In this document: in pieces, positions 34,283-45,532 of the stretch
How positions within the stretch are numbered: position 1 is the first letter of the stretch
How the letters are laid out: the number at the start of each line of letters is the position of its first letter
Source: Vulcanimicrobiota bacterium
GTDB lineage: Bacteria; Vulcanimicrobiota; Vulcanimicrobiia; Vulcanimicrobiales; Vulcanimicrobiaceae
DNA: 64,000 nucleotides
Assembly: GCA_963733295.1 (NCBI GenBank)
Contig: CAVTCS010000005.1
Span: 64,001 to 128,000, forward strand
Direction: 5' to 3'
Made by a program: the position numbers and the translations under genes
Notes under the pieces: generated by a model
Told to the model about the DNA's origin: nothing
Database searches by the model: none
Seen by the model: only the letters and a program-made list of their open reading frames with translations

Positions 34283-36334
34283 CTAATTGCCGACGAGCTC
34301 CCGCAAGGCGTGTTGGAAAATCTTGGGCGCTTTGCCCTGGAAGAGAATGCTTTCGTTCCCGCCGATCTGCTTGCGCAACTCGAGCAACTCGTCGCGCAAG
34401 GCGGCGGCTTTTTCGAACTCGAGATTGCCGGCGGCCTCTCTCATCTTTTTCTCGATGTCGCCGGCCATTGCCAGCGCGATGTCGCGCGGCAGTTTCTCGC
34501 CCCGGAACCTCGAGGCGGCTTCGCTCTCTTGATTCCCCGCTACGAGGTCCAAAATGTCGCGCACTTCCTTGCGAATCGAGTGCGGCTCGATGCCGTGTGC
34601 GGCGTTCCAAGCGGTCTGTTTGTCGCGGCGGCGCTGGGTTTCGCCCAGCGCGCGGGCCATCGACTCGGTCACCGAATCGGCATACATGATGACTTTGCCT
34701 TCGACGTTGCGAGCCGCCCGGCCGATCGTCTGGATCAGCGACGTGCCGCTGCGCAAATAGCCCTCCTTGTCGGCGTCGAGAATGCCGACCAGGGACACCT
34801 CGGGCAAGTCGAGCCCTTCGCGCAAGAGATTGATGCCGACCAGCACGTCGAACAGCCCCTTGCGCAGGTCGCGCATGATCGCGATGCGCTCGAGCGTTTC
34901 GATCTCGCTATGGAGGTAGCGCACCTTGAAACCCATCTCGAGCAAGAAGTCGGTCAGGTCCTCGGCCATCTTCTTCGTCAAGGTCGTGATCAGGACGCGT
35001 TCGTCGCGCTCGACGCGTTGCCGAATCTCTTCCATCAAATCGTCGACTTGATTCTTGGTCGGTCGGACCTCGACTTCGGGATCGACCAAGCCGGTCGGGC
35101 GGATGATCATCTCGACGACTTGGCTCGCTTTCCCCAGCTCGTACGTCCCCGGCGTCGCCGAAACGTAGATCGCCTGGTTCAGGTGGTCGTCGAACTCCGC
35201 GAAGGTAAGGGGACGATTGTCGAGCGCGCTCGGTAAGCGAAAACCGTGCTCCACCAGCACTTCCTTGCGCGAGCGGTCGCCGCCGTGCATGCCGTGGACT
35301 TGCGGCAACGTGACGTGCGACTCGTCGACGAAGAGCAGCCAGTCCTTCGGGAAGAAGTCGAGCAGGCACGACGGCGTCGCGCCCGCCTCACGCCCCGCGA
35401 GATGGCGCGAATAGTTCTCGACGCCATTGCAGTACCCGATCTCGCGCAGCATGTCGAGGTCGTAGCGGGAGCGCATCTCGAGACGCTGAGCTTCGAGCAG
35501 CTTGCCGTTGTCGCGGAAGAACTTCAAGCGCTCGTCGAGTTCGATCTCGATTGCCGTGATCGCGCGGCGCAGCTTCTCGTCCGGTGTGATGAAGTGTTTC
35601 GCGGGGAAGATCGTCAGTTCGTCCTTGCTCTCGACGTACTCGCCGGTCAACAAATTGACGACGTTGATCGCCTCGACTTCGTCGCCGAAGAACTCGATGC
35701 GGTGGACCAGCTCCTCGTCGACGCCGACGAACTCGAGCGTATCGCCGCGCACGCGGAACGTTCCGCGCACGAGGTTGAGATCGTTGCGCCGGTACTGCAT
35801 ATCGACGAGACGCCGTAGGAACACGTCGCGATCGAACGCCTCTCCGACCCGCAGCGTGAACGACATCTCCATGTAGTCGGCCGGCGAACCCAAGCCGTAG
35901 ATGCAGGATACGGAAGCGACGATGAGCGTGTCGGGACGCGTCAGCAACGACTGCGTCGCCGAGTGCCGCAGGCGCTCGATCTCGTCGTTGATCGAGCTGT
36001 CCTTCTCGATGTACGTGTCGGTGTGCGGCATGTACGCTTCGGGCTGATAGTAGTCGAAATACGAGACGAAGTACTCGACGGCGTTGTTCGGGAAGAAATC
36101 GCGAAACTCGGCGCAGAGCTGCGCGGCCAAGAGCTTGTTGTGGCAAAGCACCAGCGTCGGCTTTTGGACGAGTTCGATGACCCGCGCCATCGCCATCGTC
36201 TTGCCGCTGCCGGTGACGCCCAGGAGCGTCTGGCGCGGATCCCCGCGCAGCACGCCCTCGGCCAACGCCTCGGTCGCCGCCGGCTGGTCGCCGGCAAGCG
36301 CGTACGGAGTGACCAGCTGAAAGCCGTCCGACAT
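34283..36334 (-). CDS. uvrB: Excinuclease ABC subunit B
   Basis: [33 protein letters not shown]-terminal UVR domain. Confidence 0.98.
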   Translation of the reverse strand: MSDGFQLVTPYALAGDQPAATEALAEGVLRGDPRQTLLGVTGSGKTMAMARVIELVQKPTLVLCHNKLLAAQLCAEFRDFFPNNAVEYFVSYFDYYQPEAYMPHTDTYIEKDSSINDEIERLRHSATQSLLTRPDTLIVASVSCIYGLGSPADYMEMSFTLRVGEAFDRDVFLRRLVDMQYRRNDLNLVRGTFRVRGDTLEFVGVDEELVHRIEFFGDEVEAINVVNLLTGEYVESKDELTIFPAKHFITPDEKLRRAITAIEIELDERLKFFRDNGKLLEAQRLEMRSRYDLDMLREIGYCNGVENYSRHLAGREAGATPSCLLDFFPKDWLLFVDESHVTLPQVHGMHGGDRSRKEVLVEHGFRLPSALDNRPLTFAEFDDHLNQAIYVSATPGTYELGKASQVVEMIIRPTGLVDPEVEVRPTKNQVDDLMEEIRQRVERDERVLITTLTKKMAEDLTDFLLEMGFKVRYLHSEIETLERIAIMRDLRKGLFDVLVGINLLREGLDLPEVSLVGILDADKEGYLRSGTSLIQTIGRAARNVEGKVIMYADSVTESMARALGETQRRRDKQTAWNAAHGIEPHSIRKEVRDILDLVAGNQESEAASRFRGEKLPRDIALAMAGDIEKKMREAAGNLEFEKAAALRDELLELRKQIGGNESILFQGKAPKIFQHALRELVGN

Positions 36335-36386
36335 GACTCCTACTTCAACACCACCGCGGGAAGCGCCGTTGCGCAGCGGAGCCGCG

Positions 36387-37838
36387 CTAAACGCCGGCGG
36401 TCTGGCGCGAGGGCGCGGGGGGCCGGCGGGTTGGGTGCGCCGGCAATCCGATCGTGAACTTCGAGCCGGTCGCGGGCGAACTCTCGACCGTCAGGCTGCC
36501 GCCCGCACGTTCGATGGCGCGCCGCGCTATCGATAGTCCTAGGCCCGAACCCTCGATCTCGCGCCGGTTGGCGCCGCGGAAAAACCGGTCGAACGCGTGC
36601 CGCGCTTCCTCCGGCGTCATGCCCGGACCCGCGTCGATCACCTCGATCAGAATCTTTCCGCCGTCTTGCCGCACGCGAACGTCGACGGGTCCTTGGGTGT
36701 ATTTCAGCGCGTTGTCGGTGAGGTTGGTGAGAGCTTGCGCGAGGTCGCTCGGATCGATCGCCGCCGAGCCGGCGTTCCCCGCGTGTAAGCGCACGCGCTC
36801 CGAATGCGCCTCGCCGATCGGGGAGACGACGTCTTCGACGAGCTGAACGACGTCGATCACCTCGGCCTGCTCGGCCTCACCGGGCCGTTCCCAGCGCTCG
36901 AGGAGGATCAACTTGTCGATGAGCGAGCCCATGACCAAACTCTGCCGGCCGATCGCGTCGAGGATCCGTTCTTGATCGCGCGTGTCGCGCAGGTCGCCCT
37001 GGCGCAAGATCGCCGTGAAGCCGCGAATGACCGTCAAGGGCGTGCGCAGCTGGTGGCCCGCATCGGCGATGAACTGGCGCATTCCGGCTTGAGCGCGTTC
37101 GCGCTCGGCGAAAGCCCGCGCCACTTGCTCGATCGCACCGTTATAGGCGACGGCGAGTGCGTCGAGACGATGCCGTCCGTCGATAGCGACGGGTTGCGGC
37201 GTCAGATCGCCTGAAGCGAAACGTTCGAGCGCGGCGGTGACGTCGGCCAACGGACGCAGCGCTTCGCGGGTCAACAGCCGAGCCAGAACGAAACCGAACG
37301 CGAGCGCGGCCAGTTCCGCGAGAACGAGCCACGGTAAGAACGGGCCGACGGCCGCCACGACGGCCGAATCGGATGCACGCACGATGACGCTGATCTTGCC
37401 GAATTGCGTTTGCACCGGGGTGAGGCCGTAGAGCGTCGCGAGCCCGACCAGCAGTTGCGCCGGTAAACCGTTCGGATTCGAGATCTTGACGTGGCTGCGA
37501 TCGGTGAGCGTCACGGTTGCGCTCGGATGGCTGGGGTCCGCGCCCGAGCGGTTCCAGCGGATGTCCGCGCGTCGCGTCGGGTCGAGCACGGTCATCAGCG
37601 CCAGCGGCCGCACCAGGCGCGAGGCAACGCCGTTCGCCAATTCCTCCGCGTTGCGCGGCGTCCCGTGCAGAACGGCATACGCGCGAACCTCGTCGAGCGT
37701 ATCGTTCAACTGCGCTCCGAGACTGCGAACGTAAACCCAATAGAGCGCAAGCGCGAGCGCTGCGATCAAGACCGTCATCGTGCCTGCGATCGCGACGGTC
37801 GAGAAAACGAGCGCCCGCCGCTCGAAGGAGACGTTCAC
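36387..37838 (-). CDS. HAMP-domain sensor histidine kinase
   Basis: Two TM helices, [16 protein letters not shown]-box, [22 protein letters not shown]. Confidence 0.92.
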   Translation of the reverse strand: MNVSFERRALVFSTVAIAGTMTVLIAALALALYWVYVRSLGAQLNDTLDEVRAYAVLHGTPRNAEELANGVASRLVRPLALMTVLDPTRRADIRWNRSGADPSHPSATVTLTDRSHVKISNPNGLPAQLLVGLATLYGLTPVQTQFGKISVIVRASDSAVVAAVGPFLPWLVLAELAALAFGFVLARLLTREALRPLADVTAALERFASGDLTPQPVAIDGRHRLDALAVAYNGAIEQVARAFAERERAQAGMRQFIADAGHQLRTPLTVIRGFTAILRQGDLRDTRDQERILDAIGRQSLVMGSLIDKLILLERWERPGEAEQAEVIDVVQLVEDVVSPIGEAHSERVRLHAGNAGSAAIDPSDLAQALTNLTDNALKYTQGPVDVRVRQDGGKILIEVIDAGPGMTPEEARHAFDRFFRGANRREIEGSGLGLSIARRAIERAGGSLTVESSPATGSKFTIGLPAHPTRRPPAPSRQTAGV

Positions 37839-38524
37839 CGCGGCGCGGAGCGCAACGTGTAACCGACGCCGCGCAGGGTCTGGATCAAACGGACCGGCTC
37901 GCCGCTGTCGATTTTGGCGCGCAGGTACGAGATGTAACTTTCGACGGTGTTCGGGACGATGTCGCGATCGACGCCCCACACGAGATCGAGCAGTTCCGAA
38001 CGGCTGAAAACGCGCTCAGGATTGCGCACGAAGGTCAGCAGCAGATCGAACTCGCGCGTCGACAAGTCGACCCGGCGCGCGCCGCGGAAAACCGCGCGGC
38101 GGGCCAAATCGACCGTCAGGTCCGCGTAGGTGAAGGTTTGGCGTAGCTCGAGCCTGGGCCGGCGCAAGGCCGAATTCAGCCGCGCGACCAGCTCCTCGAG
38201 CTCGAAGGGCTTGCTGAGGTAGTCGTCAGCACCCCGCGCCAGGCCGCTCACTTTGTCGCTCGTCTCGCTGCGTGCGCTAAGCATGACGATTGGCACTTCG
38301 GTCACGCGGCGAAGGGCAGGCAAGAGCGTAATCCCGTCGATTTCGGGCAGCATGACGTCCAGAACGATGATGTCCGGGCGCCAGGAACGCACGACGTCCA
38401 GCGCCGTCCGCCCTTCGGGGACGCTGCGAACTGCGAATCCGGCCCGGTCGAGCCCGTACTCGAGCATATCTCGAATCGCCGCCTCGTCGTCGACGACGAG
38501 AACCTTGGCGCCAAGCGACTCCAT
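37835..38524 (-). CDS. OmpR-family response regulator
   Basis: VLVVDDE, LDVMLP, GADDYLSKPF, winged helix IQTLRGVGY. Confidence 0.95.
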   Translation of the reverse strand: MESLGAKVLVVDDEAAIRDMLEYGLDRAGFAVRSVPEGRTALDVVRSWRPDIIVLDVMLPEIDGITLLPALRRVTEVPIVMLSARSETSDKVSGLARGADDYLSKPFELEELVARLNSALRRPRLELRQTFTYADLTVDLARRAVFRGARRVDLSTREFDLLLTFVRNPERVFSRSELLDLVWGVDRDIVPNTVESYISYLRAKIDSGEPVRLIQTLRGVGYTLRSAPR

Positions 38525-38619
38525 TACCTTACAGTACGCCGCTAAGCTGGGATTCGACTTGCGGCCTTCCCAGGCTCCGTACAGGACGCCCGGCCGTCCT
38601 GCCCTTACCATGGAGGTCC

Positions 38620-39900
38620 ATGCTTCGCCAGATCCGCGCCGCCCGCAGCCCGGCAGCCGGCGCAGTCGCGCTTTCGCTGGCGCTCGTGCTTGCCGGCTGC
38701 GGCAAAACCGCTCCAAAAGCGCAGCCGCCGCCGTACGTCGCAACCGATGTCGCGCAGCAGGGTACCATCCGGCCGATCGAAATGCTGCCCGGCATTATCG
38801 CGCCTTATCAAAACGTCGCGATCCAATCGACGTTGACCGAGGCCGCCGACACGGTCAACGTCCAGGAGGGCGACACGGTGCACAAGGGCGAGCTGCTCGC
38901 GCAGCTCGACACCGCGGACCTCGTTGCCGCCTTGAATAACGACCTCGCGACGGCGGACAGCGCGAAGGCGAACACGCTTCACTCGACCTATCAGGGCTCG
39001 CTTTCCATCGACCAGGGAGTCGATGCGCTGCGCAGCGCGGAAAGCGCGGTACGGCAAGCCGACGAAACGCTCGCGCGAGATACGATCGACCTGGGCCGCG
39101 ATCGGCAACTCGTGACGCAGGGCTACGTGGCGGAGCAAACGTACCGCGACCAGATCACGACGGTGCGCAACGACCAACAGGCCGTCAAGGCGGCTCACGC
39201 TGCACTGTCAAGCGCGCAGTCCAACGTGGTGGCAAACGGAACGCTCGGTTCGGGCGGTTTGCAATCCAGCAGCATCGCGCAGGCGCGCGCGCAGCAAGAG
39301 GCTGCGCTCGCCGAAGCTCAGCAAGAGCGAGTGCAGATTGCGAAGGCCTCGATCTACTCACCTATCGACGGCGTCGTCGTCAATCGCAATTTCAACAAGG
39401 GCGAGTATCCCGGCAACCGTCAGCTGTTCACGCTGCAGCAGGTCGACCCCGTTTTCGCGATCCTACGCGGGTCGGGCGCGCAGATCGCACAGATCGCGAA
39501 CGGCGCGGGCGCGACGGTCGTGGCATCCGATCTCCACGGCGCGCAGCTGCAAGGAAGCGTGATCGGCGTGCTCAATCAGATCGCCCCGGGCTCGACCGAT
39601 TTTCAGGTAAAGGTGTTGCTCGCGAACCACCAGGGACGGTTGCGGCCGGGTATGGCGGTCGTCGGGCACATCGACCTTCCTGTCGCTCGCGGCGTGTTGG
39701 TTCCCACGACCGCATTCACCGACGACAACCACACGCAGGTTCTGACCGTCTCGGCCGAGGGCGTGGTGCGCACTGCGGGCGTCAAAGAGATCGCCGACGA
39801 CAATCGGAGCTCCGTCGTAACCGGAATCCCGGCCGGGACGCGCGTGATCCGCGACGGACAGACGAGCGTCGGCGACGGGCAGAAAGTCGCCATCAGATGA
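38620..39900 (+). CDS. RND efflux membrane-fusion (periplasmic adaptor) lipoprotein
   Basis: Lipobox LAGC, VQEGDTVHKGELLAQLD, long coiled coil, IYSPIDGVV, LRPGM. Confidence 0.9.
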   Translation: MLRQIRAARSPAAGAVALSLALVLAGCGKTAPKAQPPPYVATDVAQQGTIRPIEMLPGIIAPYQNVAIQSTLTEAADTVNVQEGDTVHKGELLAQLDTADLVAALNNDLATADSAKANTLHSTYQGSLSIDQGVDALRSAESAVRQADETLARDTIDLGRDRQLVTQGYVAEQTYRDQITTVRNDQQAVKAAHAALSSAQSNVVANGTLGSGGLQSSSIAQARAQQEAALAEAQQERVQIAKASIYSPIDGVVVNRNFNKGEYPGNRQLFTLQQVDPVFAILRGSGAQIAQIANGAGATVVASDLHGAQLQGSVIGVLNQIAPGSTDFQVKVLLANHQGRLRPGMAVVGHIDLPVARGVLVPTTAFTDDNHTQVLTVSAEGVVRTAGVKEIADDNRSSVVTGIPAGTRVIRDGQTSVGDGQKVAIR

Positions 39901-42900
39901 GCCTCACTCGTCTCTTCATCAAGCGGCCGACGCTCGTCTTCGTAATCATTGCCTTGATGACGTTTGGCGGCATTCTTTCGGTCGTGACGATCGTCAAACA
40001 ACTCTATCCCAACGTGACGCAGCCGACGATCTCGATTCAGGTGTTCTACAACGGCGCATCGGTTTCGGTGATGCGCGACAACATCGTCGCACCGATCGAA
40101 CAAAATCTGGCCGGCTCGACTGACCTTCAAACGATCAATTCGGTGGTACAGCAAGGCCGTGCGACCATCTCGGCGGTCTACACGCTTGGTTCGGACGTAG
40201 CGACCGACTTGACGCTCACGCAAAAAGCCGTCCAGAACGCTTCGAAGAATCTGCCCACGAATATCACGCCGCCAACGGTTTCGATCAACGACCCGAGCGA
40301 ATCCACCGTCATTACGCTGGCTCTGTTCTCGAAGAAGCTCTCGCTCGGGCAGCTCTCGCTCTACGCCGATAACGTCATCGGGCCGGCGATCCAGCAAATT
40401 CCGGGCGTCTCGTTCGCGAACATCATCGGTGACGTTACGCCGGCCTACGAGGTCGAGGTCGATCCGTACAAGCTCTTGGCCCAGGGCCTGACCCTGACCG
40501 ACGTCATCAACGCGGTCGGCAACCAGAACAATCGCGTTCCCGGCGGAATCGCCTACGAACCGAATCGCGAGACTACGATCGACGTTCGCGGCGACATCAC
40601 CAACCTCGATTCGGTGAAACGGCTGCCGATCGCGCCGCCCAGCGTGTCGTCGTCGAACGGAAGCCAGACCGCGGGCCAGATCAACGATCCGTTCGGCGGC
40701 GTCTCGGCGCTCCCAGGGGGCATCGACCCGTGGACGGCGAGCAACTCGTTGCGGCGGGTCCAAGACGTCGCTCACGTGGTCGCCGGATACGAGCCCATTC
40801 GGCGCTTCGCGCAAGTGAACGGACGTTCCGGACTCTTCATTTCGATTCAGAAGGCTTCGGACGCGAGCGAGCTCGACGCCTCGGAAAACGTGCTCAAGCA
40901 TCTGCCCCTCTTGAAGCGCCAGTTCCCCGATATCGACTTCGATATCGTCAACACGCAGTCGCGCTTCACGCGGCAACAGATCGAATTGGTTTCGCGCACG
41001 TTGATGGAGAGCATCCTGCTCACCGGGCTCGCGATGGTGTTCTTCCTGCGCTCGTGGCGCAACGCACTGGTGGTGTGCGTTTCGATACCGACCTCGCTCG
41101 CTATCGCCCTGACCACGATGAAGCTCATGGGGCTGACGCTCGACACGATTTCGCTCCTGGCGATGTCGCTCGTCATCGGCATCCTGGTCGACGACTCGAC
41201 GGTAGTGCTGGAGAACATCGAACGCCATCACGAAGAGCTCGGCGAAGCGCCCGAGGATGCTGCCGTCCGCGGACGCGAGGAGATCGGAGCGGCTGCGGTT
41301 GTGATCACGCTCGTCGACGTCGTCGTTTTCTTCCCGATCGCATTTATCGGGGGCCAGGTCGGTCGCAATCTCAACGAATTCGCGGTCGTGGTCGTCATCT
41401 CGACGCTGACCTCGCTGTTCGTCTCGTTCACGATCACGCCCACGCTTGCCGGCCTTTGGGCGCTGAAGTCGCGCTGGAAGCCCTGGCCCATCGTCGACTG
41501 GTTCACGCGGGTTTTCGATGGGACGCGGAGCCTCTACGCACATCGGATTCTGCCTTGGGCGCTCGGCCACGGCGGCCTCGTTGCCGCGCTCTGCGCGCTC
41601 TCGTTCGTCGGATCGATCGCGCTCGTGCCGCTCGGCGTGGTCGGTGAGGAATTCATTCCCGCGACGGATCGCGGTGAGATCTTCATCCAGGTCACCTATC
41701 CAACCGGTACGCCGGTCTTCCAGGTGCGCGACGGCGTCTTCAACCTCGCAAATCAGATCGGTAAGATTTCCGATGCGGGCTCCGAGATCACGAGCGCAGG
41801 CGGCTACTCGGCGGCTTTCGGCGGTTACGTCTTGCTCGGGAACGTGGGCCAGATTCACATCTTCCTTAGAGACGACCGCAAGCACCCGACGGACTACTGG
41901 GTAACAAAGCTACGCGACCTCGCTCGCAAAACGCTTCCCGGTATCTCGACGTACGTCGTGCCTTCGACCTCGAGCGGCGGAGGCAACCAGCAGCCGATCG
42001 ATTTGCTCGTTTCGGACGTGACCGGAAACGACCCAACGGCGGCCGCCGAAAGGGTCTTCGGGCTCCTGCAGAAGACGCCGGGCGCAACCAGCGTGAACAG
42101 CTCGGGCACGCAGCTCGCACCGCAGGTTTCCGTCCAGTTCGATCGCGCAAAAGCGCAAGCGCTCGACGTCGACATCGGCAACGCGGCGCAAGCGGCGGGC
42201 GCCGCCTTCGGCGGCGACGTGGTCACGCAGTTCGAGACGCCGCAGGGGCTCGAGGAAGTTCAGGTCATCTATCCGCTGACCGAACAGACCGAGCTCGATT
42301 CCATCGCCAACATTCCAATCCGCGCCAACAACGGCTCGATCGTCCATCTCAGCGACATCGCGACCTTCAAGCAGGAGCCGACCGCTCCGCTCGTGACGCG
42401 GACCGATCGCAACACGGTCATCCACGTCGACGCAAACTTTGCGCCGGGATCCTCGCTCTCGACGGTCGAGAATGCATTCTTCAAGCGGCTGCCGTCATTG
42501 CACTTGTCGCCCAGCATTGTCGTCCGGCCTGCGCCGCTCGGGCAACAAGACTTCATGCGCCAGACGCTCAACGGTCTCGGGCAGTCGATGATTCTGTCCG
42601 TCGTGCTGGTCTTCTTGTTGATGGTGGCGCTCTACAACAGCTACCGTTCGCCGTTCATCATCTTGTTTTCGGTCCCGGTCGCCGCCGTCGGCGCGATCGG
42701 AGCGCTGCTCATCACGGGCAAGACGCTCAACCTGTTCTCACTTATCGGCACGATCTTGCTCATCGGAATCGCGACGAAGAACGGCGTCCTACTCGTCGAC
42801 TACGCCAACACGCTGCGCTCGCGCGGTTTGGACGAACTCGCCGCCATCAAGGAAAGTGCGTTCACGCGTTTTAGGCCGATCGTGATGACGAGCTTCTCCG

Positions 42901-43136
42901 TGATGGCGGGCAACCTGCCCCTCGCGCTCGCCCTCGAACCGGGTTCGAGCGCCCGTTCGAGCCTCGGCATCGTCGTGATCGGGGGGGTCTTCAGTTCGCT
43001 CATCCTGACCCTGTTACTCGTGCCGAACGCTTATCTTTGGCTAGCGCCCAAGGACCTCAAGCCCCCGAAGCCGAGCGAGTCCGTGCCGCCGAGCTTCGAG
43101 CACGCACCTGGAACGCCGGCGACAGCAGGCGTCTAA
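39897..43136 (+). CDS. RND efflux permease (AcrB/AcrD/AcrF family)
   Basis: FIKRP, GILVDDSTVVLENI, GIATKNGVLLVD, RFRPIVMTS. 1079 aa. Confidence 0.95.
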   Translation: MSLTRLFIKRPTLVFVIIALMTFGGILSVVTIVKQLYPNVTQPTISIQVFYNGASVSVMRDNIVAPIEQNLAGSTDLQTINSVVQQGRATISAVYTLGSDVATDLTLTQKAVQNASKNLPTNITPPTVSINDPSESTVITLALFSKKLSLGQLSLYADNVIGPAIQQIPGVSFANIIGDVTPAYEVEVDPYKLLAQGLTLTDVINAVGNQNNRVPGGIAYEPNRETTIDVRGDITNLDSVKRLPIAPPSVSSSNGSQTAGQINDPFGGVSALPGGIDPWTASNSLRRVQDVAHVVAGYEPIRRFAQVNGRSGLFISIQKASDASELDASENVLKHLPLLKRQFPDIDFDIVNTQSRFTRQQIELVSRTLMESILLTGLAMVFFLRSWRNALVVCVSIPTSLAIALTTMKLMGLTLDTISLLAMSLVIGILVDDSTVVLENIERHHEELGEAPEDAAVRGREEIGAAAVVITLVDVVVFFPIAFIGGQVGRNLNEFAVVVVISTLTSLFVSFTITPTLAGLWALKSRWKPWPIVDWFTRVFDGTRSLYAHRILPWALGHGGLVAALCALSFVGSIALVPLGVVGEEFIPATDRGEIFIQVTYPTGTPVFQVRDGVFNLANQIGKISDAGSEITSAGGYSAAFGGYVLLGNVGQIHIFLRDDRKHPTDYWVTKLRDLARKTLPGISTYVVPSTSSGGGNQQPIDLLVSDVTGNDPTAAAERVFGLLQKTPGATSVNSSGTQLAPQVSVQFDRAKAQALDVDIGNAAQAAGAAFGGDVVTQFETPQGLEEVQVIYPLTEQTELDSIANIPIRANNGSIVHLSDIATFKQEPTAPLVTRTDRNTVIHVDANFAPGSSLSTVENAFFKRLPSLHLSPSIVVRPAPLGQQDFMRQTLNGLGQSMILSVVLVFLLMVALYNSYRSPFIILFSVPVAAVGAIGALLITGKTLNLFSLIGTILLIGIATKNGVLLVDYANTLRSRGLDELAAIKESAFTRFRPIVMTSFSVMAGNLPLALALEPGSSARSSLGIVVIGGVFSSLILTLLLVPNAYLWLAPKDLKPPKPSESVPPSFEHAPGTPATAGV

Positions 43137-43253
43137 AGAGCCCCCGCCGCCTCTGCTACCGGGAGAGCCGTGCGGTTTTAGGGAAACCTGAGAGTGCGCC
43201 TCACGGCGCCCGCCCATCGTCGCGAGACCTCGGTCTCCCCGGAAGGTAGGAGC

Positions 43254-44282
43254 GTGACCGTGATCCAGAAACCTTTGCTCTTCAGCGGCAACTCGAACTT
43301 TGAGCTCGCGCGAGAGATCGCGCAGAAGATGGAAACGCGCCTCGGCAGCGCGCTCGTCGACAAGTTCAGGAACGAAGAGTGCCGCATCGAGATCCGCGAG
43401 AACGTGCGCGGGGCCGAAGTCTTTTTGGTTCAGTCCCTGTGCAAAGCGCCGAACGGGTCGTCCGTCAACGACTCGCTGATGGAGCTGCTACTCATGATCG
43501 ACGCGCTCAACCGCGCCTCGGCGGGGCGTATCACGGCGGTCATCCCCTACTTCGGCTACGCCAAGCAAGACAAGAAGACCAAAGGCCGCGAGCCGATCTC
43601 GGCCAAGCTGGTCGCCAACATGATCGAAGCTGCCGGCGCCAAGCGCGTCGTGACGCTCGATCTCCACGCCGCCCAAATTCAGGGCTTCTTCGACCTGCCG
43701 GTCGACAACCTCGAAGCGGCCCCGACCCTCTCGACGTACCTGAAATCGCAGGGCCTCGAAGGCGACCGGGTCGTCATCGTTTCGCCAGATGCCGGCGGCG
43801 TCACCCGGGCCGAGAAGTTCGCGAAGCGGCTCCGGAGCTCGCTCGCCATCGTGTTCAAGCGCCGGCCCGAGCCCGACGTCTCCGAGGTTACCGAGATCGT
43901 CGGCGACGTAAGCGGCAAGATCGCGGTGGTCGTCGATGATATGATCTCGACCGGCGGAACGCTCGCCAAGGCCGCCGAGGCCCTCATCCGGCGCGGCGCG
44001 ACCGAGGTCTACACCTGCGCGACCCACGGCATCTTTGCGGGAGATGCCGTCAAGGTCCTAACGGAATCGCCGATCTCGAAGATCGTCGTCACGAACACGA
44101 TCCCGTTCGACGATGCCCTGCTGAACCCGAAATTCCAAGTGCTCTCGATCGCGCAAATCTTAGCCGACGCGATCAAACGCATCACCGCGAACCGCTCGGT
44201 CTCCGAACTGTTCGCCAAAGATGACGAGCCGGTTCCCGTTCCGCCGGCACTCGAACTCCCCGAACTCACGCCCGCCTCTTAA
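43254..44282 (+). CDS. prs: Ribose-phosphate pyrophosphokinase
   Basis: IRENVRG, VIPYFGYAKQDKK, DLHAAQIQGFF, VSPDAGG, VDDMISTGGTL. Confidence 0.97.
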   Translation: MTVIQKPLLFSGNSNFELAREIAQKMETRLGSALVDKFRNEECRIEIRENVRGAEVFLVQSLCKAPNGSSVNDSLMELLLMIDALNRASAGRITAVIPYFGYAKQDKKTKGREPISAKLVANMIEAAGAKRVVTLDLHAAQIQGFFDLPVDNLEAAPTLSTYLKSQGLEGDRVVIVSPDAGGVTRAEKFAKRLRSSLAIVFKRRPEPDVSEVTEIVGDVSGKIAVVVDDMISTGGTLAKAAEALIRRGATEVYTCATHGIFAGDAVKVLTESPISKIVVTNTIPFDDALLNPKFQVLSIAQILADAIKRITANRSVSELFAKDDEPVPVPPALELPELTPAS

Positions 44283-44294
44283 CGACAGGAAGAC

Positions 44295-44945
44295 ATGGCT
44301 GCCAAAAACGACGCGCTCGCAGTCGAGACGCGAACGAATACCGGGACCACCGCGGCGAACGCGCTGCGCAAGCACGGCCGCGTGCCGGGCGTCCTCTTCG
44401 GGCACGGCGCTGCGCCGACACCGATCACGCTCGACGCGAAAGCACTCGACGAGCTGCTGCATGGCGGTGGCCGGAACCATTTGCTCGACATTACGATCGA
44501 TGGGTCGACCAAAGACACCGCGCTGGTGCGTGAGATCCAACGCCATCCCATCACGCGCCGCGTCCTTCACGCGGACCTGCAGCGCGTTAGCGCCACCGAA
44601 GAGATCTCGGCCTCACTCCCGCTCGTACCGGTCGGCGTCGCGGAGGGCGTCAAGAACGACGGCGGCGTGATGGATCTCGTCCTGCACACCGTCGAGGTGA
44701 CCGGGCCGGCCAACGCGCTGCCCGACCACATCGAAGCCGACGTCACGGGTCTCTCGATCGGCGACCGCTTCACCGCGGGCGAACTCGTGCTGCCTCCGGG
44801 CATCAAGCTCGAGCTGGATGCGGCCACCGTCTTGATCACGATCGAAGCGCCGCGCGCCGAGCGCGAAGAGGAAGCGGCCGTCGCTCCCCTCGCGGCCGAG
44901 GTGCCGACCGTCGCGGAGACGACCGGCGCGGAGAGCGCGACGTAG
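44295..44945 (+). CDS. rplY: 50S ribosomal protein L25 (Ctc/TL5 long form)
   Basis: LRKHGRVPGVLFG, EIQRHP...HADLQRV, GVKNDGG, LPDHIEADV. prs-rplY-pth synteny. Confidence 0.93.
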   Translation: MAAKNDALAVETRTNTGTTAANALRKHGRVPGVLFGHGAAPTPITLDAKALDELLHGGGRNHLLDITIDGSTKDTALVREIQRHPITRRVLHADLQRVSATEEISASLPLVPVGVAEGVKNDGGVMDLVLHTVEVTGPANALPDHIEADVTGLSIGDRFTAGELVLPPGIKLELDAATVLITIEAPRAEREEEAAVAPLAAEVPTVAETTGAESAT

Positions 44946-45532
44946 ACGGAACTCGCATCGTCGCGGGACTCGGCAACCCCGGTTCGCGTTACGAGCGGAC
45001 CCGTCACAACGTCGGGTTCGTCGTGCTCGACGAAGTCGCACGGCGCCTCGGCGCTCCGGGCTGGCGCAAAAAGGACAACGCCGAACAGGCGCACCTCGCG
45101 GCGCGCGGGGTCGTGCTCGTCAAGCCGCTCTCGTACATGAACGAAAGCGGGATCCCGCTCGCCCGCATCGCGCGCTGGTGGAAGGTCCCGCCGGAGGAGC
45201 TGCTCGTCGTTAGCGACGATTTGGATCTGCCGCTCGGCCGGCTCCGCATGCGCGCCGGCGGAGGTTCGGGCGGTCACAATGGGCTCAAATCGGTCATCGA
45301 ATGGTTCGGGGAAGAGTTTCCGCGGCTGCGAGTGGGAATAGGGCGCGGAGAGGATGACGCGATCGATCACGTGCTCTCGACTTTCACTCCCGAGGAAGAG
45401 CAGCGCCTCACTCCCGCACTCGAGAAGGCTGCGGACGGCGTCATCGCCTGGCTCGACTCCGGCGTGATCGAGGCCGCCAACGGCGTGAACGGGTGGCGAA
45501 CGGATGGCTCGCTGCCGAACGAAACGGTATGA
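44942..45532 (+). CDS. pth: Peptidyl-tRNA hydrolase (non-canonical start, GTA 44942 or ATC 44957)
   Basis: IVAGLGNPGSRYERTRHNVGF lies upstream of the first GTG (45023). KPLSYMNESG, DDLDLP, GGHNGLKS, RLRVGIG. Confidence 0.92.
   Translation, partial: VDGTRIVAGLGNPGSRYERTRHNVGFVVLDEVARRLGAPGWRKKDNAEQAHLAARGVVLVKPLSYMNESGIPLARIARWWKVPPEELLVVSDDLDLPLGRLRMRAGGGSGGHNGLKSVIEWFGEEFPRLRVGIGRGEDDAIDHVLSTFTPEEEQRLTPALEKAADGVIAWLDSGVIEAANGVNGWRTDGSLPNETV

Noticed and set aside
37041..37070. Histidine kinase H-box HQLRTPL instead of HELRTPL
   Set aside because: HQ variants occur in many natural HisKA kinases, so this is not evidence of inactivity.
39603..41885. Long antisense or alternative-frame ORFs (760 aa here, also 27554..29269 and 13285..14520)
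   Set aside because: These are stop-poor shadows of real genes in high-GC DNA, with no motifs.
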